DNA from: a virus
Length of the DNA: 64,000 bases
Strand: one strand, 5' to 3'
Virus record (IMG/VR): IMGVR_UViG_3300033990_000306
Coordinates: 1-64,000 of that record
Position 1 is the stretch's first letter, and each line of letters begins with the position of its first letter. Position numbers and translations under genes: made by a program. Shown here piece by piece: positions 7,574 to 17,467 of the stretch. The notes below the pieces were generated by a model, which saw only the letters and a list, made by a program, of their open reading frames with translations, had not been told where the DNA came from and ran no database searches.

Positions 7574-9226
7574 ATGGCTATTAATTCTAAACAACCGTTT
7601 GTTACTAGGGTATTTTCAAAACTTAATTCAGCTTTTAATCTTTCTGGAGGAGACATAAGTAAAAGTAGTGCTAGAGGAGGACTTTCTTTTAGAAACGTTC
7701 CTTTGCCTTTTAATAGTTATGTTCAGATGGTGGGGGCTAATGAAAAGACCCCTTTGTATCGTTGGTCTTATAGTTGGGTAATGGACTTATTTTATGGTAG
7801 TGATATTCTCCGAACTGTAATAAAGAATTTGAATGATGAAATATTTAAAAATGGTATAAGTATAGAGGAGAAATTCGTTAAGAAGTGTATTAACCCTAGA
7901 TGCGGTTATGAAGTATTTGAGGAAATAGACAAGTGTCCGGTTTGTGGTAGTCCTATGAGAAACCCAGACCTAACGCAGAAACTTAGAGGGGAAGCTTTTC
8001 TAAGAAAGAAGAATAGGTTTGACGAAACTACTATTGGAATTTTAAAGAGTTCTGACTTGGACGTTAATATATTTGACAATGCTTTTCTTTTGCTTACTAG
8101 GAGATATAATTATGACGATAGTGGAAGAATTACAGGGGCGGAAATAGATGATTTAGTGAGGTTAAGCCCAGACAAGGTTAAGTTAATAATAAGTAATTAT
8201 GGAATGGGAAGAGGAGATAATGGAGCATATTTGTATGTATGTCCAGAGCATAGAGAGAAGATAGTTATTAAGCCCCAGAAGGGAGAGTATTATTGTGACA
8301 TAGACCACAAAGAATTACTAGAGTGCTGGTTTGCGGCTAATCCTTCTGGAAGTGCAGGGAGTGGGGCTAGTGGACAGAATTTATATTTTGGGAGAGGAGA
8401 GTTGTATCACGTTAAAAGGTGGAGTAGTCAGGAAGGTTATGGAGTTAGTATGGTTTATACTATTTGGAGAAAGGTTTTGACGTTAATAAAAATGGACGAT
8501 TATACTCTTGAAGCATATAGTTTGCAGAGGACACCGAGAAGTTTCTTAGTTATAAGAGGAAAACTTGACAATGTGAGACAGGCGTTTTTGTGGTTAAGTC
8601 AGAAGGCTAGAGAAAATCCTAATATGATTTACCCATTGGTAGTTGAAGGAGAAGACAGTGGGGCTAGGAGAGTTGTTGAACAGGTTAATATGGACTTGAA
8701 ACCAGATGAAATGCAAATGCTACAGATGGTGGAATTGTTTAGAACACACATAGGGCTTATGTATGGAGTTCAGCCTATAATGAGTGGGGGCAATGGTTCT
8801 AGTGGAGGACTTAATAATGAAGGGCTTCAGGTTACTATTACTAACAGAACTATAAGTGAAAGCCAAAGGGTGTGGAATGACTTCTTACAATGGCTTGGTA
8901 GTAAGTTAAATGTTGTTGACTACGTTATGAAGCTTAAGCCTAATGAGTTGGAAGATGATATGAGAAAACTTGAAATGGAAAGTACCAGAATAGAACAGGC
9001 TATAAATATGAGTAAAATAGGATTTGATGTTGATATGGAGATAGACAAGGAGGGTATGATGAAATTCCGTTACCACAAGATTAGTTTAAGTACGGGTGCA
9101 GAAGGTGGAGGCGGAGGAGGAATACCTGAGTTAGGAGAAGAAGGTGGAATGCCAGTACAGGGAAATCCTAATGCTCCACAAGGGCAGAACGAAAACGTTA
9201 ATAACGAAGGAGAGAATAAACCATAA
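7574..9226 (+). CDS. portal protein with Zn-ribbon insertions
   Basis: DNAFLLL, L.P..V, GYG.S, I..mYGV.P portal-like motifs; start reset to ATG 7574, 28 nt after TTTATATA. Confidence 0.85.
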   Translation: MAINSKQPFVTRVFSKLNSAFNLSGGDISKSSARGGLSFRNVPLPFNSYVQMVGANEKTPLYRWSYSWVMDLFYGSDILRTVIKNLNDEIFKNGISIEEKFVKKCINPRCGYEVFEEIDKCPVCGSPMRNPDLTQKLRGEAFLRKKNRFDETTIGILKSSDLDVNIFDNAFLLLTRRYNYDDSGRITGAEIDDLVRLSPDKVKLIISNYGMGRGDNGAYLYVCPEHREKIVIKPQKGEYYCDIDHKELLECWFAANPSGSAGSGASGQNLYFGRGELYHVKRWSSQEGYGVSMVYTIWRKVLTLIKMDDYTLEAYSLQRTPRSFLVIRGKLDNVRQAFLWLSQKARENPNMIYPLVVEGEDSGARRVVEQVNMDLKPDEMQMLQMVELFRTHIGLMYGVQPIMSGGNGSSGGLNNEGLQVTITNRTISESQRVWNDFLQWLGSKLNVVDYVMKLKPNELEDDMRKLEMESTRIEQAINMSKIGFDVDMEIDKEGMMKFRYHKISLSTGAEGGGGGGIPELGEEGGMPVQGNPNAPQGQNENVNNEGENKP

Positions 9227-10299
9227 TGGCTGAATATACTAATAATGGAATAAAATGCTCTTGTACTAGGGTGCAGAAGGGAGAGAGAATATATTACACC
9301 TGCAAGAGTGAATTAGACAATATAACGTATGGGGCATATGATATTGATAAAGCTCTTAGTATGTTGGGCTTTCATATAGAGAAAGAAATAAAGAAGAGTG
9401 GAAATAATAGGGTTTTATTTCCTCCTGATGAGAATGAAGTGAGAGTTGATGAGGAGTATGATAAATATTATGACGAGGTTATGGAGACTCTTAAATCTCA
9501 ATATTGTAAAGATGCACCAATGCAAGTTAAAGGAGTAGGGTTAATGTTAGTTAAAATGTGTAAGTGTCCTTTTGAGGAGGGAAGGAAGTCTGAGCTTTAT
9601 CCTTATTGGGTGTTACACTTAGAGAATAATCACGCAAATGAACTTGAAGATATAGTTAATGAGTTAATTAAAGTTAAAGTAAACCCTCTTAGTGACTTAA
9701 GACTTAAAGAGAAACTAGACAGAAATAAAGCAAATTATAAAAATGGTGATGATGCTATAAACATAGAGTATGTTGAGTATGCACGAGCAAAACCAGCCCT
9801 TACTAAGCCCAATACTCCAGACCTAACACCATTAAACGGTAAGAGAGTAGAGGAGAATGAGGAAGAAGAGGGAGACAATTATAACTATATGAGGGAGAAT
9901 AGAAAGGCAGAAACTCACAAATACGGGGGAGGAACAGGCGTTAAGAGGAAGAAAGGCAGGAGTCAGTATTATTTAAGTGAGAAAGCTAATTTTGGTAATT
10001 ATAGTGAGAAAGAGAAAGCAAAGAGTAAGAAGAATAAAGACGGTAGAAAAATGGGATATGATTATGCGGAGTTCTTTGATAGTGACGGAATACCAGACAA
10101 AAGTGTAAAGAAGATAGTTGACGACAATAGGAGTACAGTAATACCCGGTCAAACAGTACCTCAATATTCTCGTAATGCCGCTAAGAATCCAGCAGTACAA
10201 ATGAGCAGAGGGAAGAAGCTTAAGAGTAAAAAGAAGCAATTAGTAGACGACAGTCCTAAAATTTTAGGGGTAGACCAAGCGGCAGGCTTTGCTCATTAA
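9226..10299 (+). CDS. Zn-finger-containing head-region protein
   Basis: CPF...HLENNHANELEDIV module shared with 10848 and 12622. Confidence 0.6.
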   Translation: MAEYTNNGIKCSCTRVQKGERIYYTCKSELDNITYGAYDIDKALSMLGFHIEKEIKKSGNNRVLFPPDENEVRVDEEYDKYYDEVMETLKSQYCKDAPMQVKGVGLMLVKMCKCPFEEGRKSELYPYWVLHLENNHANELEDIVNELIKVKVNPLSDLRLKEKLDRNKANYKNGDDAINIEYVEYARAKPALTKPNTPDLTPLNGKRVEENEEEEGDNYNYMRENRKAETHKYGGGTGVKRKKGRSQYYLSEKANFGNYSEKEKAKSKKNKDGRKMGYDYAEFFDSDGIPDKSVKKIVDDNRSTVIPGQTVPQYSRNAAKNPAVQMSRGKKLKSKKKQLVDDSPKILGVDQAAGFAH

Positions 10300-10332
10300 T
10301 TAAGTTTATATATGGGCTAATAATAAGGCAAT

Positions 10333-10791
10333 ATGGTTTCGAAAGAACACTTAGTACTAAAGGACAATAACGTCCAAATTACAGTTAAAAGACCTACAGG
10401 AGATGTTGAGTCGTTTGATGTTTCTAATATTTTTGTGACTGCTGGGCTTGATGCTATAGCTAACCTTATAAGTGGTTTGGCAAGTGTTAATGCTTTTAAG
10501 TATATGCAAATAGGAACTTCTAGTACCGCTTCAACTACAGGAATGACTTCTTTGCAAGCAGAGTACGAGAGTACTACTTCTGGTATAACTCTAGGGACTA
10601 CTAACGTTTCGAATGACACAATAAAATATTCTGGAGTGTTTTCTATAAGTACTACAGTAGCTTTGAAAGAAGCAGGACTGTTTAATAACATTCCCACTTC
10701 AAGCCCTATTATGTTGGCGAGAATAACTTATCCAGTTATAAACTTGAGTAAGAATAGTACGATGACTATAAACTGGCAAGTAGTTGTCTAG
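10333..10791 (+). CDS. virion structural protein (fibre/collar-type), paralog of 23079
   Basis: N..V.aG...A.LI.G...F.YM.IGTS...TSL...EaGLF...W.VVV. Confidence 0.7.
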   Translation: MVSKEHLVLKDNNVQITVKRPTGDVESFDVSNIFVTAGLDAIANLISGLASVNAFKYMQIGTSSTASTTGMTSLQAEYESTTSGITLGTTNVSNDTIKYSGVFSISTTVALKEAGLFNNIPTSSPIMLARITYPVINLSKNSTMTINWQVVV

Positions 10792-10847
10792 TTAGAAATT
10801 TTCTAATTTTTAAATAGGTTTATATATTAAAATACAATTCTTAGCTT

Positions 10848-12641
10848 ATGACTTTGACTGATACCATAGGTGTTTTTAACTATATAAGTAAGAAGAATAA
10901 TACTTGTCCTTTTGATGGCGAAACTTTTGAAAAGAGTTATGATTTATTTGACCACTTAGAAAAATTCCATACGCAAGAAATGAACTCTATAGTTGACGTT
11001 TATAAGAATGAGTTTGGGGATGAGACTTTAAGTGCTAACGTTAGTGGGGATAAAGATGATGATGAAGAAGAGAGTGAGGATATAGATGAGAAGACGGAGA
11101 TTAATCATTTTCCTTATGTAGGTGAGAAAGAGCCTGATAGTGGTAAAGTAGCTTGGGCGACTTCTAGACATCTTCCAGAGGGAGCGGAAGAGGGAGAAAA
11201 TTATGAAGATGTTAGTGCTGGAATATTTCCAGAGGCTAAGACCGCAGAAGAGACAGCATATTTTATAGCTTCTAAAGCTAAGGTTACTAGAGACGGTGAC
11301 TATGAGTGTCCTATGTGTCATTATGTAGCCCCTTCAATTTATACATTGGCTGGGCATTTAGTTGACGAGCATCTTCCTTATGTTAATAGAATTTTTGAGA
11401 AAGAGTTTGAAGTTGTTGATGATGGAGAAGAGGAAGAAGAGAGAGACAAACAGTATGAGAATGTTATAGAGGGAGAGACTTATAAAGGTAGAAGAGGAAG
11501 GGGTGTAAATGGTCCTCAAGCTTATGCTAAGAGAGTTAGAGCATACTTTAAGGGAGTACAGAGAAAAGGAGAGGTTTCGTGGAATGAACAGTATAGAGTT
11601 GAAATAACGAAACCTGATGATACTAAAATGGAGGCTACTATGGTTACTCACCACCAGTTGTATAATAAAGAAGTGTATGACTCAGAGACTAAAGAAAAAT
11701 ATTATTATGTTACTTGTAAGTATGATAACTTAACACATTTTCCAGTAGAGGGAGATGATGTTGAAAGTCAGAGAACAATATCAGTCCTTCTTAGGTCAGC
11801 AATGCAAATGACAAAGTACGGAAATTGGACTGAGCCTAGAGGAGAGTGGAATGAAGTTTACGATTTAACTATGGAACGTTATAATAACGACAAAGAAAAA
11901 TATAATAAAATGGTTCAGGAGGAAGCTATAGAATTTGCAAACAGATATATAAATAGGGCTACAGGAGAATATGACGAAGATGAGAATGTAAAATTGCCCG
12001 AAACTCTTAATCCTGCTAATTTAAAAACAGAGGAAGAGAAGGAGAAAGATAGAGTTTTAGGTAAATTGCGGAGACAATATGAAATAGCTAGAAGTAAAAA
12101 ACTTCGTAGTGAGTCTATAGGAACTGCCGCTTCTCAGAAGTTGCCTTTTAAATTAATTGGGGAAGATGGTAAGGTTAGATTTGTTTATCCAGATTCTCCG
12201 GAGTACAAAGAGTATGAAAGAGCGGCAAATGAGAAGATTAATGCAGAGCATCCTATAACTAATACTAAGTATAAAGAGGAACAAAGAGCTTTAAGAAGTT
12301 TGGAGAGACGAGAGACGAGAGAAAGAAACAAAAGACGTGCTAAAGAGTATGAGGAAAGTGAAAGAGCTAGGCAGAATAAAACTAAGAAAGGAGTTGTAGG
12401 AGTAAGAGTATTATCTCCTGACAACGAGTATGTGTGGGTTAGTAAGTTTAATTATGAGAGAGATGTTGATGAAACTATAAAGGAATTAGTTGACAGACAG
12501 GAGTATAGAGGTACTATAGGGTTGGAGTATAAGTGTCCTTTTGACTCTGCTGTTTTCATTAATAAGAATGGGCTGGCTTATCATTTGCTTACGAAACATA
12601 CTAATGAGCTTGACGATATAATTGATGACTATGAGTACTGA
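10848..12641 (+). CDS. acidic multi-C2H2 zinc-finger protein
   Basis: CPFD..F...HLEKFH, CPMC...HLVDEH, CPFD...HLLTKH. Confidence 0.7.
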   Translation: MTLTDTIGVFNYISKKNNTCPFDGETFEKSYDLFDHLEKFHTQEMNSIVDVYKNEFGDETLSANVSGDKDDDEEESEDIDEKTEINHFPYVGEKEPDSGKVAWATSRHLPEGAEEGENYEDVSAGIFPEAKTAEETAYFIASKAKVTRDGDYECPMCHYVAPSIYTLAGHLVDEHLPYVNRIFEKEFEVVDDGEEEEERDKQYENVIEGETYKGRRGRGVNGPQAYAKRVRAYFKGVQRKGEVSWNEQYRVEITKPDDTKMEATMVTHHQLYNKEVYDSETKEKYYYVTCKYDNLTHFPVEGDDVESQRTISVLLRSAMQMTKYGNWTEPRGEWNEVYDLTMERYNNDKEKYNKMVQEEAIEFANRYINRATGEYDEDENVKLPETLNPANLKTEEEKEKDRVLGKLRRQYEIARSKKLRSESIGTAASQKLPFKLIGEDGKVRFVYPDSPEYKEYERAANEKINAEHPITNTKYKEEQRALRSLERRETRERNKRRAKEYEESERARQNKTKKGVVGVRVLSPDNEYVWVSKFNYERDVDETIKELVDRQEYRGTIGLEYKCPFDSAVFINKNGLAYHLLTKHTNELDDIIDDYEY

Positions 12642-13482
12642 AATATTAAAGTATGACGATGATGACGATGATGATGACAACATCTCACACTTCGTAGTTA
12701 ATAGAGACGGTAAAGGAGTTAGTTTTACTTGTCCAGTTTGCGGGAGAACATTTACTTCTGCTAAGGAGTATGCTAACCATAAACACTATAAGAACAATCC
12801 TCACGATGAAAAGTTTCCTACAATAAGAAGAGAAATTAATGAGGAAATTTCAGCTTTCGGTCCATATGCAAAAGATATTGATGTAGCATTGTCTACTTTG
12901 GTTAGTAAGGGTACTCATAATTCTGGGGGAAAGGTTTTCTATTCTTGTGTGTTGGGCGACAATAAAGTTTTTAAAGACAGGACTTTGTTAGAGTATCATA
13001 TTTTGAAAATGCACGGGGATGAACTTTCTAATATTATTTCTAAATTAGACACAGAAAAATCTAATTGGAGATTTGGGAGACATCTTACTGAGGGACAAAT
13101 TAATAACTTAGTAGAAGAGTTAGCTAATAATAATATAGTTGGAGAGTACAAAGGAAGATATGAGTATAAGTGTCCTTTGCATAAAGCTGTGTTTTATGAC
13201 TTGAATAAATATAAAAATCATATATTAAACTCCCACACGGAAGGAGAACTTCTTGCTATGTTGGGCAAATTAACTCCAGATGACGTTGAGGGAGCAGAAG
13301 AGCAAGTTGCTGAGAATGTTAGGTTTAAGGATAAAGAGGGAAAAATATTCTTTAGGTGTCCAGTTGACGGTTATAGGTTTAAAACAAAAGAAGAGTTTAT
13401 TGAGCATTTTAAGACTCATACTCCAGAACAGAGATTTCAGAATGTATTGTGGAGAAAGAGTGATATAAAGAGAAACCCTTAA
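12622..13482 (+). CDS. four-finger C2H2-like zinc-finger protein
   Basis: CPVC...H, CVLGD...HILKMH, CPLH...HILNSH, CPVD...HFKTH. Confidence 0.75.
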   Translation: MMTMSTEILKYDDDDDDDDNISHFVVNRDGKGVSFTCPVCGRTFTSAKEYANHKHYKNNPHDEKFPTIRREINEEISAFGPYAKDIDVALSTLVSKGTHNSGGKVFYSCVLGDNKVFKDRTLLEYHILKMHGDELSNIISKLDTEKSNWRFGRHLTEGQINNLVEELANNNIVGEYKGRYEYKCPLHKAVFYDLNKYKNHILNSHTEGELLAMLGKLTPDDVEGAEEQVAENVRFKDKEGKIFFRCPVDGYRFKTKEEFIEHFKTHTPEQRFQNVLWRKSDIKRNP

Positions 13483-13504
13483 TAGAAATTTGGAATAGGG
13501 GATT

Positions 13505-13936
13505 ATGACTACTATTGATTGGCAAACTTGGAAAGTTCAATTTGAGAGAGGGCATACTATAGCTTCTTATATTTTTATTTTGCAAGTGCTTATTTCGGCA
13601 TTTTATTTAGTTTTTTACGGAGAACAATTTGAGTATAGGTTAATTTTCTTTATTAGTTTTGGTAGTGGACTTGGGGCATTAGTTGATACTACCGCTCACT
13701 TGTATGTAAGTAAAGCTATGACTGGGCTGAGTACTGTTAATATGTCTACTTTTTGGAGAGACTTTTTTACTTTGAGAACTCACGTTTTAATTGGAGAGTT
13801 ATTAGCTTTAGTAGCTTTGAGTTATGAGATTGTTGTGTTTAGAGAAGTATTATTTTATCAATGGGAAATTTTAATACTATACATTTTATACCTTATTGGA
13901 ATTATGATAATAATTAAAACGAGGTATTATCATTAG
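13505..13936 (+). CDS. four-TM membrane protein
   Basis: Hydrophobic segments. Confidence 0.6.
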   Translation: MTTIDWQTWKVQFERGHTIASYIFILQVLISAFYLVFYGEQFEYRLIFFISFGSGLGALVDTTAHLYVSKAMTGLSTVNMSTFWRDFFTLRTHVLIGELLALVALSYEIVVFREVLFYQWEILILYILYLIGIMIIIKTRYYH

Positions 13937-13948
13937 GAGGTAGTTAAT

Positions 13949-14413
13949 ATGGAAAAGAAAGTAGTTAAATTAACAAGAGACGATGTAGACTTTGAGGTTA
14001 GAAAGATATTCAAGAACTTTAAGTTTATGAGTATGGTGCAACCAGTAAATGGAGAGAAACCCATAGTTGTAGCAGTAATGAAAGGGGGAGAATATTTTGC
14101 TAGGAAGGTAGCAACTAAGTATGATTTGCCTTTGGAGTTTATAGAATGTAAGAGTTATAAAAATAAGGAACTTGGTGATACTATTGACATAATGCATATA
14201 CCTATTAGTTTATTTGAAGAGAAGAGACCAATAATATTTGTTGATGACATTTATGAAACTGGTACTACAAAGAAAGCGTTGCAGAGAATATTTCCGAATA
14301 GTAAGTTTATAGTGCTTTATAAGAAGACTACTGATGATGTGGTTGATACATACGGAGATGTTTTGGCGAAAGATATTTGGTTTGAGTTTTTTTGGGAGAA
14401 TGAAGTAGAGTAA
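13949..14413 (+). CDS. type I purine phosphoribosyltransferase (HGPRT/XGPRT-like)
   Basis: VAVMKGG, PRPP loop IIFVDDIYETGTT, C-terminal W.eF.WE. Confidence 0.85.
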   Translation: MEKKVVKLTRDDVDFEVRKIFKNFKFMSMVQPVNGEKPIVVAVMKGGEYFARKVATKYDLPLEFIECKSYKNKELGDTIDIMHIPISLFEEKRPIIFVDDIYETGTTKKALQRIFPNSKFIVLYKKTTDDVVDTYGDVLAKDIWFEFFWENEVE

Positions 14414-14435
14414 AGTTTAGAGAGGGTGAGAAAGT

Positions 14436-15407
14436 TTGAAAGCGAAAGTTTTAATTACTGGGGTTTCTGGACAGGACGGCAAGTTATTGAGTGAGTTTCT
14501 TCTTGAGAAGGATTATGAAATATATGGGCTAGTAAGAAGAATTGCTGATAGGAAGTTTACTAAGGAAGGGGTAAATGTTATAGAGGGGGACATAAGAGAC
14601 ACCTCTTTAATAGAGAGTATTGTAGCTAAGTATAAGTTTGATGAAATTTATCATTTGGCTTCTATTTCTGACGTAGCTTATTCTTTTGAGCATCCTGCGG
14701 AGGTTTATGACGTAAATATTAATGGGACACTTAATTTGCTTAATGCTATAAGAAAGACTAACATAGCCTCATTTTATTTTGCTGGTACTAGTGAAATGTT
14801 TGGGAAACCCACTACAAAACCACAGACAGAAGATTATCCTATGGAGCCAGTAAGCCCATATGGAGTTTCAAAACTTGCTGGGTACTGGAGTTCTAATTTG
14901 TATAGGCAAGCTTATAATTTGCCTATTTATTGTGGAATATTATATAACCACGAGAGTAAGTATAGACCTGAGAATTTTGTAACTACAAAAATAATTAAGG
15001 GAGTAAAGAGGTATATTAAGACAGGAGTTAAATTTTCTCTTGGGAATATAATGGCTTTAAAGGACTGGGGTTATGCTCCTGAATACGTCAGGGGAATGTA
15101 TGAAATGGTTCATAATGCTCCGACACCTAGTGATTATATTTTAGCTACAAATGAGCAACATAGTGTAAAAGAGTTTCTTGATGAAGTAGTAAAGTTAGCA
15201 GGTATAGATAGAATGTATGTTGATGAGAGTCTTTATGACGTTACTACTAATTTTCCAGTAGTTACTTTTGAGAAGAGTTTGTATAGACCTAATGAGGCTG
15301 ACAATTATATGGGCGAATATTATAAAGCTTTTAAAGATTTTGGCTGGAAGCCTACTATAAGGTTTAAAGAATTAGTTAGAAAATTGTATGAAGAAATAGA
15401 GGTGTAA
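14436..15407 (+). CDS. gmd: GDP-mannose 4,6-dehydratase
   Basis: LITGVSGQDG, EIYHLA, TSEMFG, PVSPYGVSK, YNHES, FVT.KI, DWGYA.EYV. Confidence 0.93.
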   Translation: MKAKVLITGVSGQDGKLLSEFLLEKDYEIYGLVRRIADRKFTKEGVNVIEGDIRDTSLIESIVAKYKFDEIYHLASISDVAYSFEHPAEVYDVNINGTLNLLNAIRKTNIASFYFAGTSEMFGKPTTKPQTEDYPMEPVSPYGVSKLAGYWSSNLYRQAYNLPIYCGILYNHESKYRPENFVTTKIIKGVKRYIKTGVKFSLGNIMALKDWGYAPEYVRGMYEMVHNAPTPSDYILATNEQHSVKEFLDEVVKLAGIDRMYVDESLYDVTTNFPVVTFEKSLYRPNEADNYMGEYYKAFKDFGWKPTIRFKELVRKLYEEIEV

Positions 15408-15409
15408 GT

Positions 15410-16432
15410 ATGAAAGACGTAGTTAATATTTTTGCTCCTTATAATGTGTCATCGCCTAGTTCATTTCTTACTCAAGCATTTAGGCTTGGAGGAGAGTTGT
15501 TTGGTAGAGGGTATGAAGTTAATTTTTACAATATTTATGACCATAATGAGGTTGCTAAAGGAGCTTATAATATTTATATGCCTTTTCATTATTCAGTAAC
15601 TTACGAGGGCAAACATAAAATTCCTCCATATGCTAATGACACATTTCCAGATTTGGCTAAGTTAGATTTTGATGTAGAGCCTAATGCTATTCTAGTAGGT
15701 ATTGCTGACAAGGAGAAGGTTAGTGAAAAAGTTTTAGAGAAGGTTAAAGAGAAGAATTATGACACATTTATAGTTTCAAGTATTATGCAGAAGAACATAT
15801 TTAACTTGCCGAAAACTAGAGTAATACCGTGGACACTTCCTTCTGATTTTAATATGTACCAACCCATATTGCAGTCTAATGAAAAAGTGCCGATATTTTT
15901 TATTGATGCTCATACTGACTATATAAGGAGAGGGGTTGACATTGCTTTTAAAGTGTTTGACAAGTTGTATGAGGAGAATTATAAATTTGCGGTTATTGTG
16001 CATAAGTGGAATAAGGAGTTTACTTTGGGGAAAAGAGCATATTCAGTTACGGAGTTTGATGGGTATATGAATGATTTTACTTATTATGGAATGTTGAAGT
16101 CTTGCACTCATTTTCTTTCGCCCTTGAGAGGAGGAAGCTTTGAAATAAGTACGTTGGAGGCGTTGGCTTCTGGGCTTACAGTTATTATTCCAGAGGGGTC
16201 TCCGAGTTCAGAAATTCCTCTGAGTAAGGATGATGTTTATTGGTGTCAGTATAATAGTAATAAAATTGAGACGTGGGATAATATTTTTCATATGGGCAAA
16301 ATGAAAGACATAGATTTTAATTCAGTTTTGGAAGCTACTAGGAAAAGTCTTGAGAAGCCTAAAGTTATACAGAAGAATAATTATTTGAGAAATTATAATA
16401 TGAGTAAATGGGCGACTAAGTATTTAGACTGA
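15410..16432 (+). CDS. GT-B glycosyltransferase (family 4-like)
   Basis: RRGVD, P.RGGSFEISTLEALASGL.VI. Confidence 0.85.
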   Translation: MKDVVNIFAPYNVSSPSSFLTQAFRLGGELFGRGYEVNFYNIYDHNEVAKGAYNIYMPFHYSVTYEGKHKIPPYANDTFPDLAKLDFDVEPNAILVGIADKEKVSEKVLEKVKEKNYDTFIVSSIMQKNIFNLPKTRVIPWTLPSDFNMYQPILQSNEKVPIFFIDAHTDYIRRGVDIAFKVFDKLYEENYKFAVIVHKWNKEFTLGKRAYSVTEFDGYMNDFTYYGMLKSCTHFLSPLRGGSFEISTLEALASGLTVIIPEGSPSSEIPLSKDDVYWCQYNSNKIETWDNIFHMGKMKDIDFNSVLEATRKSLEKPKVIQKNNYLRNYNMSKWATKYLD

Positions 16433-16465
16433 AAATGTTTAAATATTGTACAATAATACAAGGTT

Positions 16466-17248
16466 ATGTCTACACATATAGAAGCAAGTGTTTTACCAAT
16501 AGAAGTAAGCTGGTCTTGGGTTAGTACTACACAGGGAGTAGTTAATTGGAAATTTAAAAACCCTAATAACGTGCCATTGAATTTTGTTTTAGTTAGAGGA
16601 GTATCTACAGCAAATTCAACTACTTACCCACAGAATATTTATTTGTTTGGGGACGCCTTTTACCCACTATATTATTACGATTTTGGGACTCAATTTCAGT
16701 CTGGTCAGCCAACTCCATTAAAGAGTTCCATTGTTCAGCCTCCTCTAGCTGTATTTCAGGCTCCTAATGGAAATCTACAGGCAGGCTTTATATTTACTCT
16801 AGGGGCAAATGGTTCTTGGAATATGAATGAAGGAGGGTTCGTTGGTATTGAGCCAGCAGGAATAAGTACTGTTATAGTTTCATATTCTCAGACTACTAAG
16901 TTTAGTATAAATTACAACAAACAAATTTCTTGTCAGCAGTACAATTCTCAGGCAGGAACTAATTATCCTTGTCCCCCAGACCCATTCGTAGTTGAGAGTG
17001 CTATGTTTTTGCTTCCTACTAATATCCCTAGTGAAGTTCCAAATGACATAATAACAGAGGTTGGAAGTTCTTCTGGTGGAGGAAGTAGTGGAAATATTGA
17101 TTCTTGTATAACTGGGTTAATTGACGCTATACTTGGAGGGAACATAAAGCAAGTAGTAGAGAATTTGACTTGTATATTCGGGGGAATAGACACTTCTACT
17201 CAGGTAGAGCTTAGAGGTAGATTGGAGGAATTGAGGAGTAAACTATAA
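16466..17248 (+). CDS. probable virion or extracellular beta-rich protein
   Basis: S/T/G/P-rich, low charge, leaderless TATA promoter. Confidence 0.5.
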   Translation: MSTHIEASVLPIEVSWSWVSTTQGVVNWKFKNPNNVPLNFVLVRGVSTANSTTYPQNIYLFGDAFYPLYYYDFGTQFQSGQPTPLKSSIVQPPLAVFQAPNGNLQAGFIFTLGANGSWNMNEGGFVGIEPAGISTVIVSYSQTTKFSINYNKQISCQQYNSQAGTNYPCPPDPFVVESAMFLLPTNIPSEVPNDIITEVGSSSGGGSSGNIDSCITGLIDAILGGNIKQVVENLTCIFGGIDTSTQVELRGRLEELRSKL

Positions 17249-17279
17249 GTTTAAATATAGTTTATTATTTTATTGTTAA

Positions 17280-17435
17280 ATGTGTAAGAATTGTATTAAT
17301 GACTTGGTAGACGAGTGTACTTGTTTGTGTGAGGATGACGATTTAGAAGTTCTTAGTTTTAAAGACGTATTTGGTTATCGTTGTAAGAAGTGCGGGGACT
17401 ATATTTATTTAGAGAAATTTGCAGAGGGAGTATAA
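17280..17435 (+). CDS. small Cys-rich protein (51 aa)
   Basis: MCKNC...CTCLC...YRCKKCG; TTTAAATA ~31 nt upstream. Confidence 0.55.
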   Translation: MCKNCINDLVDECTCLCEDDDLEVLSFKDVFGYRCKKCGDYIYLEKFAEGV

Positions 17436-17467
17436 AAGTTTATAATACGCTTTAATATTGGCATACA

